Source: Pecten maximus
Taxonomy: Eukaryota
Assembly: GCF_902652985.1 (NCBI RefSeq)
Contig: NC_047027.1
Location: 26,660,001-26,724,000, forward strand
Reading direction: 5' to 3'
DNA length: 64,000 bases
Made by a program: the position numbers and the translations under genes. This document shows, one piece after another, positions 26,073 through 38,454 of this stretch. Under the pieces are notes generated by a model. It saw only the letters and a program-made list of their open reading frames with translations. It was not told the DNA's origin and searched no databases. Position 1 is the first letter of the stretch. The number at the start of each line of letters is the position of its first letter.

Positions 26073-27792
26073 TGTAGCGAAAATAGCCGGGGAACTATAT
26101 ACTCAAAGTCCCGCAGCCCTCGGTAGGTGTCCTCGAGGTAGCGTCAGACACCCGCCACAATACCCGAGTTTAGAATTAAATAGTGTGGGTCGTCGAGAAA
26201 CACAATTCAACACCGTCGTAAAGTTTCAGTCTATGTATTCAGCAACATCAGCAGTGTACAGGGTATATATAAATGGCAACACCGCTTTCGCTTTCATCAG
26301 CATACGTAGCAACATCCAGCAAAGTAACACCTAACACTCTCTGGCTTGAACTCCCCCTCGAACTGCAACTAACTCCTTGCACTCCACGAACTCCCTCTCT
26401 GAACTGAACTCCCCCTCCGCTCTCGCTTTCACCCCTTTTATACCAAAACCTAACGGAGCGCTACCGGAGCGCTACCGGAGCGCCGGAGCCCTGCCGGAGC
26501 GGTGCCCACCTGTACCGGAGCCTTCCGCTCCGGTGACTTAAATGTGTAAATAACAATGTACATAACACTTAGAAAACAATTAGCCGCGAGTAAATGTTGA
26601 CCATGTGTAATATAGATGGGGCATCGCTGGAGCTCCCAGACAGGTCCTGCCATTTGTAGTGGGTAATAGGGATGAGAGGCGATTAATACCTCTCTGACAG
26701 GGGCAATAAACATGAACGGGGGCTGGGCAGACGATTACTGCCACGTATGGCAAGCCGTTTTAACATTTAATCCCATTTCCTCTTAAGGGGATGTTTTTTC
26801 ACTTAAGTGAAAAAGGAATTTCACTTAAGTGAAAAAAACATAATGCAAATAATTTATTCACCTTAAGGTGAAAAGAATTTCACTTAAGTGAAATTCTTTT
26901 TCACTTAAGTGAAATAAAACATAATGCAAATAAATGTTAAAATCCCTAAAGACAAAAAGTATTTCACTTAAGTGAAAAAAAATTATGTGCAGACATAATG
27001 CAAAATACTTGTCCCTTAAGTGAAATTCTTTTCATCTTAAGGTAAATAAAACTGACCAAATGTCCATAAAGTCACTCTGTCCTCCTATCCACCCCATGGT
27101 ATAATGGAATGAACCCCTTGGACCTGTCAACTAAGATACAGCGTGAGTAAACTTTAACTTTGATACGTTCTTATCACTTATCATAAGGGAAATAAATAAA
27201 ACATAGATTTAATGGAATTAAAACATAAGTGAAAGTAAATCATATGGGAAATAGTATTGATTTTACTAACAACAAATGAAGTAGAGAAAAGGTCTCGAAT
27301 TGGTCAGAAATTAAACACCCAATGCTTGGTCAATAGATGGACTAGTCCATATCTGATTCATGAGAGTGGGTGTCCGATTTACTCAACAGCAGCATTTGCA
27401 TTATGTTTTATTTCACTTAAGTGAAAAAGATTTTCCCTTAAGATGAATAAGATTTATTTCACTTAAGTGAAATTCTTTTTCACTTAAGTGAAATAAAACA
27501 TAATGCAAAAAAAAAGTCTTTTAACCTTAAGGTAAAAAGTATTTCACTTAAGTGAAATAAATTTGAAGCATATTTTACCTTAAGAGGAAATGGGATTAAA
27601 TGTTAAAACGGCTTGCCATAGCCACGGGCGTGGTGAATTGATTACTTCACGGGATATCATCCCGACGTGTCCCTCCCATCTAATTACCAACGGTCAACAG
27701 ATTGACGGGCTATTAAAATTCCTAAAGCAAAGATGGTATAACAGAAAGTAGAAACATAGAAAAATACTTCACTAATATAGAAAAATACTACA
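26073..27792 (-). repeat. 5' LTR (839 bp without insert)
   Basis: TGTAG..CTACA termini. Minus-strand TATA (GGTATAAAAGGGG) near 26432-26443. Confidence 0.9.
26746..27620. mobile_element. 875-bp MITE, IS3EU-like
   Basis: Perfect 43-bp TIRs TATGGCAAGCCGTTTTAACATTTAATCCCATTTCCTCTTAAGG. 6-bp TSD GCCACG (26740-45, 27621-26), confirmed by the empty site in the other LTR. Many subterminal TTCACTTAAGTGAA palindromes. TAY..RTA ends with a 6-bp TSD fit IS3EU. Confidence 0.88.
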
Positions 27793-28560
27793 GTATAGTA
27801 TTAGAGTGAGTATTTGTTTTCTCGTTATACATGTATATGTACATGTAGATATTAAACCAGAGACACATATAAACCAATGATTACATATTATTGTCCTACT
27901 TCACAACATCCTAAGATTTTCCTGATGAGTTTAGAACAATACCGGAAAGAATTCATATTGTATTAGCACGTAAACAGCTACTCGTCTGTCAATACACTCC
28001 ATGCTTTAGTGTGCAGATAAGACGAGTACGTACCTGTGTGCCTATCTTGAACAAATAAAAAATGAAGTGATATCACTTATGAATGTTACAGATTTGAATA
28101 AAAATATATGTTTGACGGGAGCTTATACTTATTATTTCTTATTGCACGTCCAGTGTAATAAAAGAGACTAAATAACAAATTAAAAAAAAAGAAGAGTTTC
28201 TATTTTTTTTATTCCGTATATATGTGTGCATGTCTTTTACTGTTTGGTTCGGTTTTAATAGCTCATGTCGATTTGTTATAATATGTACCGACTATAAATA
28301 AAGTTGGAATTGAATTGAATTGGATTGAACTGTACATTACAATGATACACGAAACATGTATACGTAGGCTAGTAACGTTTACCCTTTCGGAGCCTCAAAT
28401 ATAAACGATAAATCTGGGTCAGGTCTGCGTTTTGTGACAAGGACTTATACACACTGAAAATAGGTCAGATAATAACGTTGTTTTCGTGTGTTTACAGGAT
28501 CGCACAGATCCAGCACGGCAAGGAGGTCATCTTAGCGGAGATTTTCTACTGTAACAAATT

Positions 28561-28780
28561 ATGGCAACTTTTCGAATTCTGAGACTCGGGTTACGGAAAT
28601 CCACAGTATCTGTGTACAGAGGACGCTTTCATCCCACCATTGCTGCTGTTGTTGTAAACAAGGATGGAAAATCCTCGTTAGTGACAAGGCCATTTACAAC
28701 GTCATCAGATAGCGGACATCAACAGTCTACAAACTGGAGGAAATCGGCAGCTTTCTTTGGTGCAGCAGCTGGACTTGTGG
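28561..28780 (+). CDS. SUOX: Sulfite oxidase, first coding exon (mitochondrial targeting presequence)
   Basis: MATFRILRLGLRKSTVSVYRGR.. is an Arg/Ser-rich presequence ending in hydrophobic AAFFGAAAGLV. Donor G|GTAAGT at 28781; phase 1 matches the next exon. Confidence 0.8.
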
Positions 28781-28849
28781 GTAAGTTTCACCCCTGATAA
28801 CTGACAGTTACTGGCGAATCGAATGTACCACATAAATGATATGCTAGAC

Positions 28850-28880
28850 CAGAGACATAGTATATCTATATATGTCTCTG
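28850..28880. mobile_element. 31-bp micro-MITE with 7-bp TSD
   Basis: CAGAGACATA..TATGTCTCTG inverted ends, flanked by GCTAGAC at 28843-49 and 28881-87. Confidence 0.7.
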
Positions 28881-30464
28881 GCTAGACACTGCACTAACGT
28901 ATAACAGTTCTGGAATATTTAATAAAATTAAATTTTTTAAAAAAATCCACACATAATCACCAGGCATGGTATTAGTCCGAATTTTCAAACGATCTTACTT
29001 CGTAGATATTATTATCAACATCAGAACCCATGCACGGGGGTAGGAGTTTGTGTCACTACAATTAATTTACTTGGCAATCATTTATCCTGGACACATGGTT
29101 GTGTCCTGTTTATGAGCAGTATCTTAGTAAATGGATGTACATGTAGATCTACACGTATCTTGGCAGAATGGATGTGTTAATATATAGGTTAGCTGAAGTG
29201 TCAACCTAGAGTTCATGCAGACTGATAGTTTTGGTTTGTATTATTTAACCACAGGTACATGTATACTTACCTCGTCTGTCATTCACTTATTAAAATATAT
29301 ATTGACAGACAATGCTAGCTAGTACAAATTGTACCTGCAATTTAACGTCCTTAGTAGATATTGACAGTTATGGGAATTTAAGGATGGCCCCTGTTGTGTG
29401 CAGGATCGATGCATATATATGTATGTGTGATGAGATCTAGATACACGTGTGTTTTGGGAGACTGTGGTATCTTGTGACAAAACTGCAAAACTGATGCTCA
29501 AGACTTACCATTTTAAAAGACACTGGTATGTTCCAGGTCAGGGGACAGCCTTCCTCATAGGGCAAACACTAAACTAAAGGCCAAGAGTTAAGTAGTGTCA
29601 AGGGAGACATTAGGAAGACAAAAGCTTTTTTTTAAAAAGAAGAGTGAATATTATGAATCATGCAATTCTGGCAGCAGGTACATTACTACCTGTGGACAGT
29701 TATGAAAAGTCCAGGGTTTTACACATTGGAATGTCATTATACCTATCCTGAATTGAATGTGTAAATAGATTCAATAAAAACAATCGTTGTTTCCTTATCT
29801 TAAATTTTTTTATTTTTTTTTTTTTTGAGAAAAATACATCAAAGTCAAAAACACAAACTTATTTTTGATAATAATAACTTGTAAATATTCTGAATATTGT
29901 ATGCAAATTTGCTGAGACATGTACGTATATGTATACCTTTAACATTTACCTGTACCCATGGTATATATACAGGGTTAGACTAGTAGATTATATATAAGTT
30001 GTGTGGTATAATGGGCCAAGATATAAATAGATAAGGGCAAAAAAATAAACAAAAAACAACACAAGATTGTGTTATACCTATATATATGGTATTCGTCGTA
30101 CAGTAAAATGTTATTACGTAATGTCCATTCCTTTATCAGTCAGATGGTAAAAAACTTACACTGTTTACCAACACTACAGATTCCATTGGTGATAAGTATT
30201 TTATCTGGCCAAGGTAAAACATAAAAAAAATGTGTGAAATATCAAAATTGTTAGCAGCGAAGGACCCTGTGGTTTTAAATATGGGCAAGGAGTCTGGTCA
30301 GAATCTTGATAATTTCAATTATACCTTAAGTTAGGTACAGTATACAAATTTAAGAATTCACTGCAGTGTTATTCCAAACACAAAAGTGCAATGATTGTCA
30401 TTTATAATGTCCATGTCATCATGATCAGTTAAAAATATAATTGGTCATTTTACTTCCTGCTTTG

Positions 30465-32707
30465 CAGGGCTCAGATAGAATTTTTAGAACAACTAGGCAC
30501 TGTGCCTAGTAACAATAGTACAAGCACTCGGCACTATTTGAAATCCACTTGGCACCAAATAGCTAACTTGTGATTTCATCTTGTTATAAGTTAAGACTTT
30601 TATATTGTATGTCCTTGTGTGAGTGCATACATCTTATCATGTCTTAATAATATATTTAGTTATAGAAGAAAGAAAACATCACAAAATTATCTTTTGTAAG
30701 TTTTTAATCTCATAGAACCAGTACCTATAAAAAGTGTCAACTAAGTATCTGCAAGATTGGGGCACTCTGTACAATATTAACAGTTCGTGATACTCCAACA
30801 ATGTTATAGGTTTTACATGTACACAGCGCAGTCGGCAAAATCATTTCCGATAGAAAAAGGGCCGACCAGCAGCCTCTTATATTATAGAAGTACAGTTCAT
30901 GATATCTTAAATGTCGGATTTCGTCATCCATTCTTTATGGAATTACCCTTCACCTTTCACCCTCACTTGAGTCGTAAAGAAACTAAACAGGAATACGCTG
31001 CAACCTCAAAAAACACATACGCACTCGCCACACACAATCGTGCATATCGCACGCACAGGAGGCAGTCCATCTGTTAAATGAATCAAACCAACCTAAACCA
31101 AACACTTCAGGGCTCCGATAAACCACTCGTCCACTCGTCTTGCCCGGGTCAAAACAGTCAAGTGCCGAGTGAACTGTTGGGTCAGACTCGTCCTAGTGCC
31201 GAGCAAAAGTTTAGAACACACAGTAATAAAACTGTGTCGAATTGTTACTAATCCAAAGACATTTTTTAAAAAGATTTTAATATCATAATATGTCGATAAG
31301 ATGAACCATACACATACCTTAGGCTAACGTGACATGTGTTTACAAATGACTTCACTAGTACGGGCCGGGTCGTTCAAACGCTTGTAATTTACTAAAGCAT
31401 GCGTCTGATAATAAAGCATCAAAGAGATGCTGTTAACAAACCAGTGCGCATGCGGGCGTTTCTTCACAACTTCCTTTACAACAACGAGCGAGCGGCTCGT
31501 TGATTTCCTTTTCAAAACAAACACTGACGAACGTTAAATGACGGTAATGAGGAAGTCCGACAAACTAGAGATCGAAATGACACAAGTGTTTGGTTTAGGT
31601 TGGTTTGATTCATTTAACAGATGGACTGCCTCCTGTGCGTGCGATATGCACGATTGTGTGTGGCGAGTGCGTATGTGTTTTTTGAGGTTGCAGCGTATTC
31701 CTGTTTAGTTTCTTTACGACTCAAGTGAGGGTGAAAGGTGAAGGGTAATTCCATAAAGAATGGATGACGAAATCCGACATTTAAGATATCATGAACTGTA
31801 CTTCTATAATATAAGAGGCTGCTGGTCGGCCCTTTTTCTATCGGAAATGATTTTGCCGACTGCGCTGTGTACATGTAAAACCTATAACATTGTTGGAGTA
31901 TCACGAACTGTTAATATTGTACAGAGTGCCCCAATCTTGCAGATACTTAGTTGACACTTTTTATAGGTACTGGTTCTATGAGATTAAAAACTTACAAAAG
32001 ATAATTTTGTGATGTTTTCTTTCTTCTATAACTAAATATATTATTAAGACATGATAAGATGTATGCACTCACACAAGGACATACAATATAAAAGTCTTAA
32101 CTTAAAACAAGATGAAATCACAAGTTAGCTATTTGGTGCCAAGTGGATTTCAAATAGTGCCGAGTGCTTGTACTATTGTTACTAGGCACAGTGCCTAGTT
32201 GTTCTAAAAATTCTATCTGAGCCCTGCACTTGTGTCATTTCGATCTCTAGTTTGTCGGACTTCCTCATTACCGTCATTTAACGTTCGTCAGTGTTTGTTT
32301 TGAAAAGGAAATCAACGAGCCGCTCGCTCGTTGTTGTAAAGGAAGTTGTGAAGAAACGCCCGCATGCGCACTGGTTTGTTAACAGCATCTCTTTGATGCT
32401 TTATTATCAGACGCATGCTTTAGTAAATTACAAGCGTTTGAACGACCCGGCCCGTACTAGTGAAGTCATTTGTAAACACATGTCACGTTAGCCTAAGGTA
32501 TGTGTATGGTTCATCTTATCGACATATTATGATATTAAAATCTTTTTAAAAAATGTCTTTGGATTAGTAACAATTCGACACAGTTTTATTACTGTGTGTT
32601 CTAAACTTTTGCTCGGCACTAGGACGAGTCTGACCCAACAGTTCACTCGGCACTTGACTGTTTTGACCCGGGCAAGACGAGTGGACGAGTGGTTTATCGG
32701 AGCCCTG
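30465..32707. mobile_element. hAT-like MITE, outer copy (30465-31107 + 32227-32707), interrupted by an inverted copy of itself
   Basis: Ends CAGGGCTCAGATA / TATCGGAGCCCTG. Flanking direct repeat GCTTTG (30459-64, 32708-13). Confidence 0.88.
31108..32226. mobile_element. hAT-like MITE, intact inner copy (1119 bp), opposite orientation
   Basis: Ends CAGGGCTCCGATA / TATCTGAGCCCTG. TSD CACTT (31103-07, 32227-31). Reverse complement of the outer copy, which explains the duplicated ORFs in the track. Confidence 0.9.
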
Positions 32708-32823
32708 GCTTTGACTTATCTTGATTTTGTATGATCATTTATATATGCTTTTACATAAAAATGTTGAAAAAGCTTCATGAGATTCAGGGTAGACATGAAA
32801 AATGGTTACCATCATCCCAAGTA

Positions 32824-34052
32824 CAGGGATCGACACTAACGGTAGACCGGAGGACCGAGGCCCCTAAAAAACAATGTCGGTCTTCTCGATTCTATTTTTT
32901 GGAGGACCGACGGTCCTCTTAATCTCAGAACCATTTGCTATCCCGCGGATCACAAAATCCACCAAAAAAACCTGAAATCGTGTGCGAAATGTTCATGCTG
33001 AGTTTATTTCTTGACCACGACCGTCGTCGGTAGAACGATGACCTAAACAATCCTGTAGGAAGTATTTCCGGTTGAAGTCAGGTGCGTATTATCATTGCTG
33101 ATAACTGTTTAAAGTCTGAATCATTTGTACGTTTGTAATAAGGGCCCGTGTAAGTCAGTACGCTTCAAGCGTTTGAATAACAGTCTGTATCATTTGTACG
33201 TTTGTAATAAGGGCCCGTGCAAATCAGTACGTTTTGGTAACTATAATATTGTTTTATTTGTTTATTGAAAATATATATGTCAAGAATTCGTAGAAATTGT
33301 TTTGCCTTCATATCATGTATATTTGCCTTATGAATGACGGTATCATGGTTTAAACAGGAGATATATTATCGATTAATGTTCTTTATTCAGAAATCGGAGA
33401 CCCCAAGGGAATGTTCAGTTTTTCAGCGGACAGATGGGCATGAGGTCATCCCAGTTTCCCTTGATTTGCATGAGGACCAAGCTGAGCATGAGGGGGAGGA
33501 AGAGGTAGATGAGGAAGATCTTCAGGAAGGGGCAACATTCACGCCAGATTCCCAGTCTGATGATGAGGATGAGGATCTCTCCAGGAGAGACCTTCTTGCT
33601 CTCCAGCAAAAGTCATACAGACTTTTCATTGAAAACTTAAGAAACTAGTTGAATATGGAATAACAAATACAAAAACTGAAATGAGCATTGTTTTAGTTGT
33701 TTTTTTTTTAAATTCTTTTCCTTTCAGCATATTTCCTCAAGCAATGATCAAGTATGATAGACCACCAAACATGTAATTTACTATGCAAACCATGTTAACT
33801 GCAAAAAATATATTTAAAAATATCTCAAATACAAAAGCTCCAAAATACACCAAAAATGGCCTAGAATGCACCACAGAGCATCTAGAAAAAAAATTTTTCC
33901 GGGGGGGCATGCCCCCGGACCCCCCTAGAAACTTACGACTCGCGCCTTCGGCGCTCGCTGTTCGGGCTCCACAAAATTACATACGGCCCCTTGAATATTT
34001 CTTTTAGGAGCCCTGTGGGCTCCTCTACCATTTCAGTTAGTGTCAAACACTG
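32824..34052 (+). mobile_element. 1229-bp non-autonomous hAT5-like element with possible transposase C-terminal remnant
   Basis: Imperfect TIRs CAGGGATCGACACTAAC / GTTAGTGTCAAACACTG. 5-bp TSD AAGTA (32819-23, 34053-57). Acidic exon-like segment 33391-33648 after TTTATTCAG. Confidence 0.8.
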
Positions 34053-34124
34053 AAGTACCGTTAAAATTTCTGTAGGAGGCTTAGGTGAAGGTTTATTTCC
34101 ATCAGTTATCTATCATTTGAGAAT

Positions 34125-35290
34125 TAACTTTGGTTATCTATAGTAGACTGTTTATGTATTTTACCTTTGGTTATCTTGATAGACTGCCTAACTTTGGTTA
34201 TCTTAATTAGTAGACTGCCTAACTTGGTATTCTTAATAGACTGCGTAACTTTGGTTATCTAGATAGACTGCCTAACTTTGGTATTCTTAATAGACTGCCT
34301 AACTTTGGTATTCTTAATAGACTGCCTAACTTTGGTTATCTAGATAGACTGCCTAACTTTGGTATTCTTAATAGACTGCCTAACTTTGGTATTCTTAATA
34401 GACTGCCTAACTTTGGTATTCTTAATAGACTGCCTAACTTGGGTATTCTTAATAGATTGCCTAACTTTGGTATTCTTAATAGACTGCCTAACTTTGGTAT
34501 TCTTAATAGACTGCCTAACTTTGGTTATCTTGATAGACTGCCTAACTTGGGTATTCTTAATAGACTGCCTAGCTAACTTTGGTTATCTTAATAGACTGCC
34601 TAACTTTGGTATTCTTAATAGACTGCCTAACTTTGGTTATCTAGATAGACTGCCTAACTTTGGTATTCTTAATAGACTGCCTAACTTGGGTATTCTTAAT
34701 AGACTGCCTAACTTTGGTATTCTTAGTAGACTGCCTAACTTGGGTATTCTTAATAGACTGCCTAACTTTGGTTATCTTAATTTGTAGACTGCCTAACTTT
34801 GGTTATCTTAATTTGTAGACTGCCTAACTTTGGTTATCTTAATTAGTAGACTGCCTAACTTTGGTAATCTCAGCAGACTTCTCAACTTTGGGAATCTTAA
34901 TTACCAGGTAGTAGACTGCATTGCTTTGGTTATTTTAATAGACTGCCTAACTTTGGTAATCTTGATAGACTGCCTGACTTTGGTAATCTTGATTGACTTC
35001 CTAACTTTGGAAATCTTAATTAACAGGTAATAGGCTGCCTAACTTTGGTTATCTTGGTAACTGCCTAACTTTGGTTATCTTGGTAACTGCCTAACTTTGG
35101 TTATCTTGGTAACTGCCTAACTTTGGTTATCTTGGTAACTGCCTAACTTTGGTTATCTTGGTAACTGCCTAACTAGGTAATCTTGATAGACTGCCTAACT
35201 TTGGTTATTAATTATCTAACTATATAAGTAGACTGTCTATATATCTAACTTTGGTTATATTAATTAGTAGACTGTCTGACTTGGTTATCT
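34125..35290. repeat. 27-bp minisatellite (TAGACTGCCTAACTTTGGTATTCTTAA), ~40 units
   Basis: Direct reading; a 26-bp variant block lies at ~35040-35170. Confidence 0.95.
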
Positions 35291-35887
35291 TTGTATGTAC
35301 AATTTTTGTATGTCAATACATCATATCAGTATACATCTCACGAGACTTTGGTTGTACGTATGATGCATGTTGAGACTGATACGCAGTTGACCCCAGCACC
35401 GCTGATGATAAAACTTCGATCACCCTCGTCAGCAATATTTATTTTCATTTTTGATGTCCATATCTATATATACTGTCAGAATTTGTATTAGCTTTAACTA
35501 GTCTTTGACAATTAAAAAAAATGGATATTTAAAAAAAAAAAATGTTATCTACAAATAATATATGTGAATCTTTTCATGATTGAGTCAACCTTAATTAATT
35601 TATGTTATTTCTTAAATCCAACTTTTATTTTAGATCCTAGTAGATTTTATATTGAGTTGATGTTAAGTTTACAAGGCTTACACCACTCAGACCCTGACCT
35701 TAACTAGATATGTATACTTTATCTGCCTAGCCTATATATAAAGCTACTTGTCCTCCATATAGACATATCATTGGTGGAGTACTGGATGGGGCCTTCAGCA
35801 CAGGGGATTCGGTTATAATAAATATTACATGTTAATTGTTCTTGTTGAAAATTTCTATGTTTATTTATCTCTGTCATAATTACTTTG

Positions 35888-35929
<42 letters not shown>

Positions 35930-38079
35930 TTTACCATGACCGATACTCCACATCAAGAAGCTAATCATGAATTGATTTACTAATAAAAAATGGTGTTGGT
36001 TTTTTTTTTCAGGGGGGGGAGGGGGGGGGGGGGGGGGGGGGGGGGTGGGGGGGGGGGATCACTTTACCATAAGGTTATGGTAAAATGAAGCCTGTTACCA
36101 TTATATTTTGCTAAAAGAATTTTTTTCACTAGGTCTTAATCAGGTAACTTATTAAGGGGGTAATTTCACCATAATAGTATTTTGACCCCGGGAGTAATTT
36201 CACCATGATTCAAAATACCATGCTACACCAGTAATGATGTTGTGCATGAAAGTTGCTTTTGTCTTTTGACTTATTTTGAAATACAATATATATATGTGTT
36301 TTGTTCAATTTTGCAGTAATTATGTATCGATCCCTTCGAATGACATACAATCATGTCTCCTGTTTGAATGTAGGAGATGAAGGAAGACATTCTGTACAAG
36401 TTGATATACTTTATTTCTTATCCAGGCCATAATGTATAAGCTGTTGAAGATATCTTGACCAAACTTGCAGTATGCCTGTATCACCTGAAGCTCAAGGTCA
36501 AAGATCAAATAAGTGCAATTTTTTCCAAGAGTTTTTATACCTTTTTTACCCACTGACAGAGAGAATCGCTGTCGTTGAATCATTGTGACATTGACCTCAA
36601 GGTCAAAGGTCAAATAAGTGCTAATACCAATTGTCACCACTGAGGAAGGGCATTGTTCTGTCATTGGATTATTGCAACTACAACCTCAAGGTCAAAGGTC
36701 AAATACAGAGTAACTTCTCAAAACTGTCCACCACTTGATACCATTCAAAATGGCATTGTACACCATTAATGTAATAAAAAAACTTCCCAATGCTGATCCC
36801 TCTGAATTCCACATTCTATTTTGATTTTTAGTCCAGAGTGGTTAAGATATACCCAAAATTACCTTTGTAAAGCCTTACCTGAGAGAACCTGACAGGTGTC
36901 TGGCCAACTGACTGTGAAATCAACACCTGTGATATCGATGATTGCGTGTTCATGAACCTTTGTCTTGGGGCATATATGCCATAAGTGTGTATTAGGTAAA
37001 AATTGGTACATAACACTTATGATTAGAGTAAAGCATCAAGATTTGTGTTCTCATCAAAACAGTCAAAATAAAACCAAATGACTATGCATCATGGAAGTGA
37101 TATACAATGTCGTTTGTTTACCAAGAAAACAAGTAGAACTAGATGCCAGAGTTTCGACATCATAATCATAGCATGATATAGGCCCTGGACAGGTTAATTT
37201 CCAAATGATAAGGAAGCTAATAGTAGATAAGGCTTCATTATAAAATGTCAATATCCTGATTTAGGCCACTAGGAACTGATTCATGTTTGAGATTACTGTC
37301 TTATTTTTATTTGTAAACCATAAGTTTAAAATGAATTTAATATTAACTATTGTGCTTATTTAATTAGTTTGATTTTTATGAATTTTGTGTTCTAGGATTT
37401 CATTAACATACATAATATTAACACTGCTTCAGAGATACAAAATGTCATCTATTAATGTTATACCAGATCTATAGCTATCAAAATGGATCACTTCTCTATA
37501 CTGAACCCTCTCTAAACCGACCAAATATTCATATACCTGGCATGATCAGTTTAGGGAAGTTCCTCTTCATCCCTTGACACTATAATACATATAGATATAT
37601 ATATATGGACCATAATTTTGAAAATCGTGCCAAGCCCCTGTGCTTCATCCCCTATATGTGCGAATTTTGTCTGGGTCATAACTTCATCACCATTGGGAAT
37701 ATCTTGATGAAATTTCAGTATACTTGTATTATCTAAAGCCTACATACAATGCACTGCCGTAAGGTCAACCTATTATCAAGGTCAAAGGTCAAAGTGCAGA
37801 TTTTTTTTAACAATATCTTATATGGCAATAACAATTAAAGTGTTAAAGATATGTATCAAATGGAAGTTTCTTTATTGACTTTTATCATCCCACTATGGAA
37901 ATGCACTGTTCTCTACTGTTCTTGGATCATTTTACCATTGTCCTCAAGTCATGTCAAAGGTCAATTGAATGCAATATCAAGGTCCCTTGTTGTGCATAAT
38001 AAAATGGCTGACAGGCATTTTTCACCATTTCTAGAGAAATATTGGATGGAATAGGATGCCTGTTAAATCATATATTGCG

Positions 38080-38350
38080 CTGATTATCCCCATATCAGTG
38101 AAACCGGGGGTCCTATGGGTTTCCTCCCCTGTCCATCTGACTGTTGGTCTGTCTGTCCACTCAATTTTCCCCACTTTTCCTCAGCCATGCTTTAATGGTA
38201 TGTTGGTGAAACTTGGTATGTAACTTCAGTATGAATAGCTAAACAAACTGTAAGGTTCGAGTTTCAGGGTTTTTGGGTTAAGGTCACTGTTACTATTTTT
38301 AGCTGGATTGGGTAGGGAATATGTATTGTTTTAGTAATACCCAGCTTGTT
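38080..38350. mobile_element. Helentron-associated (HINE/pearl-like) non-autonomous repeat; related fragments at ~36430-36710, 37620-37800 and 14900-15550
   Basis: GTCT/GTCC microsatellite after a short head, GAAACTTGGTATG and AAGGTCA(AAGGTCA) motifs, CTTGTT end. Family call is by resemblance only. Confidence 0.5.
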
Positions 38351-38454
38351 AATTCATCTTTAAGTACAACTAACAAACGATCAGTGTGATGGAACTAAAA
38401 CAGATTCATGAAGAAACATGATTTGTAAAATTGGTGTATTATTGATTCTTGTAG

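Larger units (their letters stand above)
22931..27792 (-). mobile_element. Gag-only (pol-less) Ty3/gypsy-type LTR retrotransposon
   Basis: Two near-identical LTRs: 22931-23553 (truncated) and 26073-27792 (interrupted by a MITE), with TGTAG..CTACA ends. tRNA-Leu PBS, PPT, single gag ORF; only 2.5 kb internal. Confidence 0.9.

Noticed and set aside
26280-26302. Hammerhead-like CTGATGA..GAAA (minus strand in the LTR; similar at 27922 + and ~35430 -)
   Set aside because: No pairing stem II or stem III and no correctly placed NUH cleavage site.
23097-26713. Identical 87-aa ORF in both LTRs
   Set aside because: Simply LTR duplication; no recognisable motif, and the C-terminus is a variable tandem repeat.
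30737-32491. Duplicated 96/66/64-aa ORFs, or an assembly inversion artefact
   Set aside because: The ORFs are by-products of the two MITE copies. Exact TIR junctions with TSDs argue for real transposition rather than misassembly.
35893-36057. Long poly-G runs (also ~10269-10294) and the poly-Pro/Gly ORFs they create
   Set aside because: Simple homopolymers of unreliable length; no evidence of coding.
38418-38454. Signal-peptide-like start MICKIGVLLILV of the 520-aa ORF
   Set aside because: It is the intron's acceptor region read through; the phase-matched mitochondrial presequence exon is at 28561-28780.
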